A DNA stretch of 63,969 bases, filler included, from Licmophora abbreviata (Eukaryota), in assembly GCA_900291995.1 (NCBI GenBank). It is 10 parts of 10 records of this genome, joined end to end, with 100 filler letters (N's around TTAATTAATTAA, not from the genome) between each part and the next. Parts side by side here need not be neighbours in the genome. Positions count along the whole stretch, not along the records: positions 10,000 to 18,630 come from OLMU01001189.1; positions 18,731 to 39,454 come from OLMU01001192.1; 8 more parts are not named here. One strand, given 5' to 3'. Under the pieces are notes generated by a model. It did not search any database and was not told the DNA's origin. It was given only the letters and a program-made list of their open reading frames with translations. Shown piece by piece: positions 12,236-22,372 of the stretch. Position numbers and translations under genes: made by a program. The stretch's first letter is position 1. Each line of letters begins with the position of its first letter.

Positions 12236-15200
12236 ATGTTTCAGCCGCCGAACGATCCGTCCAAGGAGAGCGGCAAGCCTCTTTCTCCTACCAATGCTTC
12301 AGGTACTGGCAATGCTGCTGCGACACCTTGGGAAGCTGTGCAGACACTGACAGAGCCTCCAGCAGCGACTTCAGATGCGCCCCTACCGGTAGGTCAAGTG
12401 CCTGCTTCAGCAGCAGAGCAATCAGAAGACCCCGCTGTCAACAACATGCCGTCGGCATTCGATTCTGATTCGCCCGGGAGCGACGGTGCTGATTACTTCC
12501 TTGAAACGAATCCTCCCCTTTCGGCTTCTTCTTCTTCTTCGGGGTCTGATTTAATTGCTGCCGCGAGTGCCCCTCCTCCTGGTCCAGCGCCTGAGGAGAC
12601 GGCCGCGACGCCTGTCGCACCGCAGCCGACTGTCCCGACAACGAGCAGTGCGCCGACTGTGGAAGTTGTGCAGGCCTCTGAATCTCCCGCTCGGGTGGCA
12701 CCTCCTCCTCCTGGTGTTACTGCAGGAGCTCATCCCGAAAAATTACCTGCTGCTATTGCAAATGAACCGACCGAAGCGGTCCGCGGGCAAGTGAATACAC
12801 CGATGGAAGCTGGGCCAGTCGACGTGGCTGCCGCTCAGCAGGCGTCTCCGGTTGAAAAGAATGAGCAGCTTCCCGAACCGATGGAGGTGGAGCCAGAAGC
12901 TCCGCCTCCGGCGCCGCCAGTTCAGCTGCCGGTTTCGACGTCCGAACAACCGCAACTATCAACTCCCATGGCTTCTGAAGCCGTGCAGCCTACTCCTATG
13001 GACACCAGTGAGCCAACGACTGCAGCTGTGACACGCCCTCACGACGCCTCTCTGTCGTCTGCCTCACCAACGGCAGCGCTTCCGAGGCAGTCGGAAACTT
13101 TGCCTGCACAAAGGGTTCCTGCTACTCTGATGATGACAAATGGACCGTCTCCTCCGCCAACGGCCCAAGCTCCTGCCAAAACGATTGTCCCGCAGCAGCA
13201 GATGCCCTTTCAACACGATCCTGTGCAGACATCGCTTAAGCCGCCTCCGGTCGCTGAGGTACGTCAGGCAGGACCTCCATCTCTAGGTTCTATGCAGGCG
13301 TCGCTTGGGCCGCCCGCGGCTGCTGACGCAAGTCAGGCAGAGTCTCAGTTGCATGGTCCTATGAAGACATCGCTGCTACCACCTCCGGCTGTTGAGGCAC
13401 CCCCGCAAGACGTTCTGCCAGGCCAGTCGGCTCCTCCTCCACCGTCTCAGCTTCCGGAGATTGCTGCAGCTCGTCAGCCAATGGACTATCCCTCTAGCAG
13501 TGTGCCGCCTCCGAACCGACCCGCGCCTCCAACGATGGGTGGCGGGATGAGAGAGCTCCGTGTAGAAGACGCCTTGCTGTATCTTGATGATGTGAAGCGC
13601 GAATTCGGACACCTGCCACGTATCTACAATGAATTTTTGGAGATCATGAAGAACTTCAAGAGCCACGAGGTTGACACTCCGGGAGTGATTGATCGAGTGT
13701 CCAGACTGTTTCGTGGATACAACAAGCTCATCCTCGGCTTCAACAAATTCTTGCCGGATGGCTACAAAATTAGTTTGGAGGATTTGGAACGGCGAGATGC
13801 AGAGGAAGCGCGTCGAGAAGCAGCCGCCTCTGCCACCGGTCGCCAACCGTACTACCCGGGTGGCACTGTCCCGCAGCAGCAGCAGCAGCAGGGACTGACA
13901 CGAGGTCCAGTGAGTGGACAAGCTGCTCCGCAATTTGCAGCTGGTGCTCCGACGAGTGGACAAGGCGTCCCACAATTTGCAAATGGCGGTCAGGCGTATC
14001 CGCCAGCAAGATCTCCTCCGGGAGCGCAGCAGACGGGACCAGGAGGTCAGATGTCGCCGGGTCAGCAAAAGCCGCCGCCTCAGCAGGCCATGACGCGTGG
14101 ACCGCCACAGCAGCAGATGCAGCAGCTTGGACCTCCGCAACCGCCACCTCAGCACCAGGCTGTCGAATTTGATCATGCCATTTCGTACGTCACCAACATC
14201 AAGAAGCGCTTCGCGAATGATCCCGGCACGTACCATGCTTTCTTGGAGATTTTGCACACATATCAGAAGGAGCAACGTGGAATCAAGGAGGTTCTGGAAC
14301 AGGTTGCATCACTATTTGCTGATCATCCTGATTTGCTGAAGGAGTTTACCTTTTTCTTGCCGGATGCGGTGCAAGAGCAGGCGAAGGAACGACTCCATCG
14401 TGCGGCAGCCGACTCTGAGGCTCGCCAGGCTGCGGCGGCCCGAGGAATGGACTACGACCAGATGGCTGAGTATCGAGGACGCATGCAACAGGGCTCGCAG
14501 AAGGTGATTGACATGACGGGTCAGCAGGTACGACGCTTTGCTCGTGTCCACCCAAACTTATTTTACCAGTGTATGATAGATACTCACCTCTTTTTTTGCA
14601 TCCGACGGCAGCAAATATATGTTGAATCTTCGCCGCTCGGACGCCAGCGTCCTCCAGGCTCTCGAAAGAGACCATTTAGTCCACGAGATGGCATGGTACC
14701 TATGCAACCTTCGCAGCCCGAGACATTTGTGTACAACTCGGCTGTTGAGCGCCAGTTCTTCGACGCAGCGAAGGAAGCGCTCACGGCATACACGCGCGAC
14801 GGCGGTCAAGCGTGGGCCGAGTTCCTCAAGTGCCTCGATATGTACGGACAAGAAATTCTTTCTCGCAATGAAATGCTGAACTTTGTTGAGCCCCTTTTAG
14901 GCAAACGAAATTCGGAGCTGTTCGAGGAGTTCAAACGGATCTTGGCTGCGGCAGGAGCGCCGCCTGGTCCAGCGCCTTCGTTGGAAGACTCGTGGTATTC
15001 GGTGCCTTTGTCAGAGATTGACTTCAGTCGATGCCGCCGCTGTAGTCCGTCGTATCGAGCGCTTCCTCGAGACTATCCAGATCCACCCTGCAGCGACCGA
15101 AGCGAGGAGGAAGCCAAGATTCTCAATGATGTGTGGGTGTCGTTGCCTGTTGGGAGCGAAGAGAGCTACACGTTCAGGCATATGCGGCGTAATCAGCACG

Positions 15201-17110
15201 AGGAAACTCTCTTTCGTTGTGAAGATGAACGCTTCGAGATTGATATGGTGATTGACAGTAACGCTTGCACCTTGCGTCGTCTGGAACCGATCGCGGAGGA
15301 GATAGCGCAGCTTGCGAAAGAAGAAAATCTCACGCCTGACTTGCTCGGTCCAACGAAGGCCTCCCTTGAGGAGGGTCGTATTGGCGGTATGGGTGGACTG
15401 AGGTTTCAGTACACCTTCGACAAGGACATTCTCGGCTTGATTCATAGGAACTCTATCTCGCGAATCTACGGCGACGCGGGCCAGGAGATGCTCGAGCTGA
15501 TTGTCAACAATCCCACCGTGGCAGTGCCAGTGGTGGTGCAGCGTCTTCGCCAGAAAGATCGCGAGTGGCGTGGTGTCCGTGAGCGCCTGAACCGTCACTG
15601 GAAGGAGTTGGCAGAGCAGAATTACTATCGGAGCCTTGATCATCGCAGCCTCACATGGAGGACCGTGGACAAGCGAGCGACTAGCACTCGCACACTCATT
15701 TCCGATATCAAAGACCGCGCAGCGAACGGCGGGAGGGAAAGCGATGTGGCAGTCCAGGCTCGACTAGATAAGAACAAAGAAGAATTTGGCAGCTTCTACG
15801 AAGTGACAATGGCAGAGTATCTGAGGAATGATCTCGATCTGAAGATGCTCCCCAAGCCGGATAAGAGGCTCTTCACGCCGCACATGAGTATCATGTACGA
15901 GCACGATTCTTGGGCACAGCGCGATGCCTACCGTATTCTGACGTTCGCTCTCGAGCGCGGGAACAGCTCTCCTTTAGACAAGGAGCGCTTTCATCGATTC
16001 TGGAGGGACTTTTTGGGGCCGTGGCTTGGCCTATCTCTCAATTGGATGCAACAGCCCGCAGTGGCATTTCAGGAATCGGCACTGAGCGCCGGTGAGACGG
16101 CGCCTTCAGTTGTGAGCCACGGAGACGATAGTCAAGATGACGAAGAAGACAGTCGCTCGGTCGACGACGTGAACATGGGAGATAATGTTGTCACGGAAGA
16201 GATGAAGAAGGAAGAAGAAGTCGATCAATGGATGGATCACCACCCATTGCCAGCCGGAGCTGCCGTCTCGACAGTCTTTGGCGAAGGACGTATTCTGCAG
16301 TTCCGTGCAGCCGACTCGAAGTATGTGGTCTCTCTTCCATTCGGCAAAGGCTATTTGACACCGCATGCTGTCCTTTGCACTGTCTTGACCGTGGAAAAGT
16401 CGGCTTACACAAACCAGCTCCGAGACGAAGATCGCTCCAAGTTGGAACGCCCTGACGACATGCTCGTTATCGGAACGCAGAGCCTGTATCTGTTCTTCCG
16501 TCTCCACCAGATTTTGATTCGTCGATTGGGCATTGCGAAAGAACTCGCGTACAAGGTCCCTCACGATAGGTCGCTCAAGACGCTCGTCGAGCAAATGTCT
16601 GGAGAAGACACGGGTCGTGGTCGCTACGAGGCCTACTTGAGCTTGGTGTACGCCTTGCTGGACGGCGGCGGCCATTCCGCCGAGGGCAAGTACGAAGATC
16701 GCGTTCGTTGTCTGTTGGGCCACGGTGCCTACGAGCTGGCCACTATGGACAAGTTGATTTCGCACATTGTCAAGAACATTCAAAGCATGGGAGGAGACGA
16801 CACCATGCAGCAGCTGGTACAGCTGTTTCGACGTCACTATGCTGCTGGGTCGTTTCAACCTGACTCGTTTCGACAAGAAGCGGCGTATTTGTCGGATGGA
16901 GAGGCAATGTATGCCTTTCAGGGATGCAAAGTGCCGGATGGTACGGATCGTCGACTGTGTCACATTGAGCATTTGGGGGTGATAGGAGAAGACAGTAGTG
17001 TAGAAGAAGAGGAGGAGGAGGAGGGAGGCTCTTCTGAAGCCATGGCGGTGGAGCCTGCAGCAGTGGTGGAGGCCGAGGCGCCGGCTCCCAAACGTCAACG
17101 ACGAAGTTAG
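12236..17110 (+). CDS. SIN3: SIN3 histone deacetylase co-repressor scaffold; probable in-frame intron 14528-14611
   Basis: PAH1 (LRVEDALLYLDDVKREF…FNKFLP), PAH2 (VEFDHAISYVTNIKKRF…FTFFLP), PAH3, HID (CSPSYRALP…NDVWVS…EDERFEIDM) and Sin3 C-terminal region. Long Pro/Ala-rich N-terminus. Confidence 0.95.
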   Translation: MFQPPNDPSKESGKPLSPTNASGTGNAAATPWEAVQTLTEPPAATSDAPLPVGQVPASAAEQSEDPAVNNMPSAFDSDSPGSDGADYFLETNPPLSASSSSSGSDLIAAASAPPPGPAPEETAATPVAPQPTVPTTSSAPTVEVVQASESPARVAPPPPGVTAGAHPEKLPAAIANEPTEAVRGQVNTPMEAGPVDVAAAQQASPVEKNEQLPEPMEVEPEAPPPAPPVQLPVSTSEQPQLSTPMASEAVQPTPMDTSEPTTAAVTRPHDASLSSASPTAALPRQSETLPAQRVPATLMMTNGPSPPPTAQAPAKTIVPQQQMPFQHDPVQTSLKPPPVAEVRQAGPPSLGSMQASLGPPAAADASQAESQLHGPMKTSLLPPPAVEAPPQDVLPGQSAPPPPSQLPEIAAARQPMDYPSSSVPPPNRPAPPTMGGGMRELRVEDALLYLDDVKREFGHLPRIYNEFLEIMKNFKSHEVDTPGVIDRVSRLFRGYNKLILGFNKFLPDGYKISLEDLERRDAEEARREAAASATGRQPYYPGGTVPQQQQQQGLTRGPVSGQAAPQFAAGAPTSGQGVPQFANGGQAYPPARSPPGAQQTGPGGQMSPGQQKPPPQQAMTRGPPQQQMQQLGPPQPPPQHQAVEFDHAISYVTNIKKRFANDPGTYHAFLEILHTYQKEQRGIKEVLEQVASLFADHPDLLKEFTFFLPDAVQEQAKERLHRAAADSEARQAAAARGMDYDQMAEYRGRMQQGSQKVIDMTGQQVRRFARVHPNLFYQCMIDTHLFFCIRRQQIYVESSPLGRQRPPGSRKRPFSPRDGMVPMQPSQPETFVYNSAVERQFFDAAKEALTAYTRDGGQAWAEFLKCLDMYGQEILSRNEMLNFVEPLLGKRNSELFEEFKRILAAAGAPPGPAPSLEDSWYSVPLSEIDFSRCRRCSPSYRALPRDYPDPPCSDRSEEEAKILNDVWVSLPVGSEESYTFRHMRRNQHEETLFRCEDERFEIDMVIDSNACTLRRLEPIAEEIAQLAKEENLTPDLLGPTKASLEEGRIGGMGGLRFQYTFDKDILGLIHRNSISRIYGDAGQEMLELIVNNPTVAVPVVVQRLRQKDREWRGVRERLNRHWKELAEQNYYRSLDHRSLTWRTVDKRATSTRTLISDIKDRAANGGRESDVAVQARLDKNKEEFGSFYEVTMAEYLRNDLDLKMLPKPDKRLFTPHMSIMYEHDSWAQRDAYRILTFALERGNSSPLDKERFHRFWRDFLGPWLGLSLNWMQQPAVAFQESALSAGETAPSVVSHGDDSQDDEEDSRSVDDVNMGDNVVTEEMKKEEEVDQWMDHHPLPAGAAVSTVFGEGRILQFRAADSKYVVSLPFGKGYLTPHAVLCTVLTVEKSAYTNQLRDEDRSKLERPDDMLVIGTQSLYLFFRLHQILIRRLGIAKELAYKVPHDRSLKTLVEQMSGEDTGRGRYEAYLSLVYALLDGGGHSAEGKYEDRVRCLLGHGAYELATMDKLISHIVKNIQSMGGDDTMQQLVQLFRRHYAAGSFQPDSFRQEAAYLSDGEAMYAFQGCKVPDGTDRRLCHIEHLGVIGEDSSVEEEEEEEGGSSEAMAVEPAAVVEAEAPAPKRQRRS

Positions 17111-17248
17111 AGGAGGAGTCAGTCCTCGACAAGCGTGCTTCTAATGTATGATATGATACACAGTGTGTGAGATTTGTACGACGTAACTTTGTTAAAAGAA
17201 GATACTAAGTATAAAGAATGGGGTTTGTTTCTTCCGTCGTTCAAGATA

Positions 17249-17749
17249 CTATTGCACTCGGAGCAATTGTTGCAGCTGTCCTGTCCGCTGTGCCATCTGA
17301 GCATCGTCGTTTCCTCCGAGATGTTTCCCATTCACAAAGATGTTTGGCACAGTGCGTTGATTCGTCATGCGATAGAGCTCATCCTGAATTGCCGCTCCAT
17401 TCTTCATTTGGTCCAGTTCGAAAATTTGAGCGTCCTGAGAGACGTTTCGGAACAGAGACTTGGCTGCGCGGCAGTAGGGGCAATATGATTTACTAAAGAT
17501 GACGACCTGAAAGTATTCGAAAAATTAAAGTATGCATGAATTCATGGTGAGGATGAGGAGTCGTTGGTTCGTGAGTGATTCTCGGCTTTTTTTCTGTGAC
17601 TAGTTTTGGTGCGAGTTCTCTCTTCTAAGCGTAGAGTACTTGTACACTCAACGCACCTTGTTGGAGGCGATGGCCGATTGAATGAGCTTTTCTGCTGCCA
17701 TTTTGTCGCTAGTGTTAATGCTGGAGAAGCTACTTTTGCTGTTTCCCAT
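17249..17749 (-). CDS. Dithiol glutaredoxin (CPYC); 2 exons, intron 17507-17656; missing from the ORF track
   Basis: Manual translation: MGNSKSSFSSINTSDKMAAEKLIQSAIASNK|VVIFSKSYCPYCRAAKSLF…QRTVPNIFVNGKHLGGNDD…LLRVQ*. Splice sites AAG|GTGCGT and TTTCAG|GTC. Confidence 0.93.
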
Positions 17750-18142
17750 GCTGTGGCGTCGTTCGTTTGATGCGTGTGTTGAAATTGTGAGCCAAGTGTA
17801 GTGACTCTCTTCAGGGTCGGTCGGATGATGTGGCCGCTTGAGCAGGAAAGCTCAGGCCATCGGAACTTCTTCGAAGATAGCAACTGATTGAGTCGAAGGA
17901 GTCATACAGGTATGTTTCCGAGTCAGTCAGTCTTGCGGTCGACCGGTTATTGCAGCTCTCAACGCACGCGCAGATCCCACGCGGGAGAAGAACGGCGGTA
18001 AAAAGTAAAAAAGCAAAAAGGGAAAAGCAAAAAGACCGACACAGCTAAAACAAAAGCTGGGCTACTACTTGGTCCTACTTTCGTGCTGTGGTTCTTGTGT
18101 CTGTCGCTGCTGCACTTGTTTACATAGTCAGAGTATCCAAAG

Positions 18143-18630
18143 ATGGCGACAGGAGGCACGAATCTGTCCAGGGAGTTCTTTGAACTCCTGAAAGCGATCG
18201 GCGAGAGCAAGTCCAAGCAAGAAGAAGACCGGATCATTGCCAAGGAAGTCACGGTCCTCAAGCGCAAGCTCGAATCGCAGGCCTCCCATCTTCCCCCTGG
18301 CTCCTCTGCATCCAGCAGCAGCAGCGTGCTCAACACGTCCAAGAAGCATGCCAAGGAGTTTCTAGTCCGACTGCTCTATGTCGAAATGCTAGGACACGAC
18401 GCTAGCTTTGGCTACATCAAGGCCGTCGAGCTAGCGGCCTCGCAGTCGCTCAATCACAAGCGGACTGGCTATCTCGTCTGCGGGGCCTGTCTCTCTCCCA
18501 AACACGAGTTTAGATTCATGCTCGTCAATCAGATGCAGAGAGATCTGCAGAGCAGTCATGTACTGGAGATCTGTGGAGGTCTCCTGGCCAGCTGTAGTCT
18601 CATTACCAGCGATGTGAGTACCGGTGGACT
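18143..18630 (+). CDS. AP4E1: AP-4 adaptor complex epsilon subunit, N-terminal fragment
   Basis: LSREFFELLKAIGESKSKQEEDRII…KEFLVRLLYVEMLGHDASFGYIKAV…KRTGYL. Truncated at the linker. Confidence 0.88.
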
Positions 18631-18730
18631 NNNNNNNNNNNNNNNNNNNNNNNNNNNNNNNNNNNNNNNNNNNNTTAATTAATTAANNNNNNNNNNNNNN
18701 NNNNNNNNNNNNNNNNNNNNNNNNNNNNNN
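18631..18730. other. Artificial contig linker
   Basis: N44-TTAATTAATTAA-N44. Confidence 0.98.
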
Positions 18731-18743
18731 CACTCCGTGAAAG

Positions 18744-20708
18744 ATGTCGAGCGCCGTACACGAACTGAGACGCGACCTACTGCTCCAAGAGGCAGACGAC
18801 TTTCTCGCACAGAGCTACCTCATCTTTTTGTATTCGGACCTGCGTTTGCTGAGTGCGACGGGACGAGTCCGAATCAAGTTCGAGCACATGTCCATTGACA
18901 GCGACAATGTGACCAAGAATGAAGCGGCTGAACTCGCGGTGCTTCAGAGCGAAATTGAGACAATTCGAAAAAAGAGTACAACGGACGGCATCTCTCCTGC
19001 CCAAATCATGGCAGCGCTCATGGTCGAACTGCGACGAGAAGTTCAAGCGCGACGTCGAGTCACCGACTCGACAGATGCAACCAACGGCGGTGATCAAACA
19101 CAGAACTCAATCCTTGCGACGATTACAGATCGTAGGAATCGAAAGAAGGTCGAGGAGGACATGGACTCTCTCTTGAAAGCCTACCACTACATGATTGCCA
19201 TGGATTTGAAGACAGAACTTCCATCGGTGAAAGCCGCGGCAATTGTGCCAAGACGTGCCAGTGTCTTTGCGAACGCGGTTCAGGCGCTTCGAGGCATTGA
19301 TTCTGCCGACTCAGGAGAAGAAGAAAAGAACGACGAGGCCGAGGATCCGACAGACGCTCCTGCTTCCTCGTCGACCAGGCCGAGACTAATCCGGACGCCT
19401 GGTCGCCCTCGTCGTCTCTCTCTACAGATGATCAACCCAAGCTTTACCTCCCAGCAAGTAGGTGAGATAGGAGATGCTATGTTCAATATGGACACTAAAG
19501 GAGGAGATGAAAGCTTGAATCGTAACTTGACCGAGGATGAGATTCTGGATCTCATGGAAGATGCAGTGCAATCGAGGGGGTATGGAAAGGTGGATTTCAT
19601 GAGAGATTTCTTCAGAGAGGACTCCGTTTCGGCTGTAATGATTCAGAGTGATGCTAGGATCGTTTGGATGAACGATTGGTATCCACTGAAAGATCTGACC
19701 TACGCAGTATCTGTCAACAAGACCAAGAAAGAGGTGCTTCTTGTCTTTCGGGGAGCCATCACGAAAGCCGATTGGGCGCATGCCACCAACTGGTGAGTCG
19801 AGTCGTCACCTAAAAACTGATTGTTTTTCTGACGTTGGTGGAAGGTCACTTATAGCTTGTGTACTCTTCTTTTTTTAATGCAGGGATCTGCGAAAGGTGG
19901 ACAATCCTATCGAGGAGAGCTATAAGAACAAGCACAGCAAAGTTGACGTGCATGCTGGTTTCTTTGGTTATCTCTTTCGAGTCCGAAAGGACACTGGGAC
20001 TCGCAAGTACGACGAGATCAAGACGGTAGTTCACGAATACGGAAGCAAACTTATCGGAGATTACCGTCTTAAAATCACAGGGCACAGCTTAGGGGCCGCG
20101 CTATCCACAGTCTTTGCGCTCTTTGCATCTACAGACGAGCGATTCACGGAACGGGGTCCGATCACCATGTACACATTCGGTAGCCCATACGTTGGAGGGA
20201 AAAAGTTTCTTGCCGCATTTCAGCACCAGGAGTATTCTCACAAGATACAGTACCTCCGTATGCACAACGTTCGCGATGGCGGTAAGTTCGATCCTCTCGT
20301 TTGTCCTGCCTCTACTTATGTATAGCTTACGAAATCAAGCACGGAATTTATGAAGTCGCACACATGCCACTTGGGTGGAGAGGCAACTTTCAGCATGTAG
20401 GTATCAGCCTGAAGATTCACCGTCTTCCCAGAAGGTGCTTCACATTTTTTGGTCAGCGCGAACCGACCGTGTACTACAGCAAAGAAACGCGCCCCAGGGC
20501 CTTGTACTGGAAGGCGTTCAGGGAGAACTGGTTCTTCAATATGCCGCTCCCTTGGAATACTGCGAAGGCGCATACTTTGGACGAACTTCGCAGGCGTTTG
20601 TTGCCGGCCGTGGCCATGTTGGATGAGACAAGTCTCAACATCACTTTGGATGAACTATACCACCTATTGGTCTATGATGATTCGAGCGAAGAGAAAAAAG
20701 GGACTTAG
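18744..20708 (+). CDS. Class 3 lipase-like protein; introns 19793-19883 and 20282-20355
   Basis: LLVFRG…DW, VHAGFFGYLF, TGHSLG nucleophile elbow, YTFGSPYVG, DGVAHMP (after splicing) and a C-terminal His. Both introns are GT-AG and restore the frame. Confidence 0.88.
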
Positions 20709-20972
20709 TGGAAGCTCTGTGATGATCTTAGTGCCCATAAGTTCTTTTTCATGACCTGGTCAAGATACTGTAGTGAGCTCTCCTGCGTTTGAGCAGCTCA
20801 AGGCCGGCCTGGGCAACTAAGAGTGCCGTACGCATCACTACCCCGTGCATGAAAAATTCAGATCCTATTTGTACATTACACTACTCTCTAGAGCAGTAGC
20901 TTCACTTGTCACCCCTGATCTGCAAGATTCTCTTGAAGAACCGCCACGGGGCCTTGCGAGTCTCCTTCGCGT

Positions 20973-21212
20973 TCACTTGCGTCGAAGCACTTTGGACCGG
21001 AGCGCACGAGAGACACTGGCAATCACGCGCCCTGCACCTCCCTTCGGTTTCTGCCGGGGCAACGCTCCCACGAAGACCACACTCATTTCAGATTCGATGG
21101 GAGTGTCGTCGGAGTGATCGGAGGAGAACGATTGTCTTGAATTGACACTGACGGTGTCATCGTCTTCAAGGTCGTACGAGAACGCAACGTGGGAAGTAAG
21201 GAAAGTTCTCAT
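20973..21212 (-). CDS. Possible small protein (79 aa)
   Basis: ATG-initiated ORF with acidic/Ser N-half and basic C-half in otherwise intergenic DNA. No family recognised. Confidence 0.3.
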   Translation of the reverse strand: MRTFLTSHVAFSYDLEDDDTVSVNSRQSFSSDHSDDTPIESEMSVVFVGALPRQKPKGGAGRVIASVSRALRSKVLRRK

Positions 21213-22372
21213 CGTTGACGGTTACTTCGAGTTTCGGGAGCCGGAGATCGGGCTGCTTTCAGGGCGAGTCGTCTCACTAGCTATGTGAGTAGGAGAGGGG
21301 GTGGGGGGCGAGTGCAGTAAAGATCAACCTCAGGGTTTGCGTTCCGTTTGGTCGAACTGATGAAAGGATCGTTTGTGGTCATAATGGCAAACAAAAACGA
21401 AAACCATCATCCTTGAAGCGGGACACAATCACAATCGAGTCGTGTGAGCGCCAATATCAATCACTCCCCGGGGTTCTTGTCGGGAAATATTCATAATGAA
21501 AGTAACTTTAATTAGAATATGAAATTTCATTTCCTTATACGAATGCTGGAGAGTAGTAAACGGGATTTGGACCTCGTGAATGACCTCGTTGTTGAACTTA
21601 CGGACATGAAAATTTGGAGTACTTCTTCAACAAGACTGGCGCGCCGGGCGGGATGGCATTTACGTTCGTCGCTGTGAACTTCAAGTGCTTGTCAGAATGG
21701 GAAATTTGAAATTCTACTGAATCATGGTTTGCCACCAGACCAGCACAATTGTGACCATCGTACACAAAGTACTATACTAAAAAGTGTTCGTGTCTACTAC
21801 CGTAGCAGCAAAGAAGAAACGCCACCAAGAAGCTCGTCGTCATTAGCTACGAACTAGCTACTGGCTGCCTGCCTGAGACGCACCGCAAAGAGCAATGAAT
21901 CAAATCAGCCAGTACGATGTAGGAAGAGATGGTGTCTGTTCAGTCTCGTAGTAGCATCTTAACACTAACTATGAAATAAAAGTGAATCTGCGCCTTAGGA
22001 CGTCGTCCTCTCAAATAGCTTCAATCGTCAAAAATTGAGACATACTTTGAGGAAGAAGTTTGTAAATGTATTCAAGTTTCACACCACCAATCTCCTCCGT
22101 CTCGCCCTGGTTCTTCACTTCTCCTTTACGATTGTCTTTTGGTGGGATCCGTTGTATACTGCTGTGAGTGAAGAGTGTTGACAAAGCAAAACTCATACTT
22201 CGAAGTACAAGTACCTCCTCTTCTTTCAATCGCCGCATACGTGGCATTCGTGCATGCGTTATCCAACTTCTTTTGCAAATAGGAATGTGGAATCACAGCA
22301 GTCTCTACTATCGTTATGACACAAAATATCCTTTGGAAAAGATGATGGGTTCAGAAAAAAAGAAACAAGACC

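Noticed and set aside
13376..17098. Long minus-strand ORFs (299, 210 and 330 aa) within SIN3
   Set aside because: They are antisense shadows caused by codon bias of the real gene.
20860..20975. TGA read-through (selenocysteine) after the 79-aa small ORF
   Set aside because: There is no redox motif around the TGA and no SECIS-like structure that I could identify.
21250..22350. tRNA, snRNA or riboswitch in the long intergenic regions (also 9300-9899 and 59300-59853)
   Set aside because: I found no T-loop/cloverleaf, U-snRNA or TPP-aptamer signatures by eye. An Infernal/Rfam scan would be decisive.
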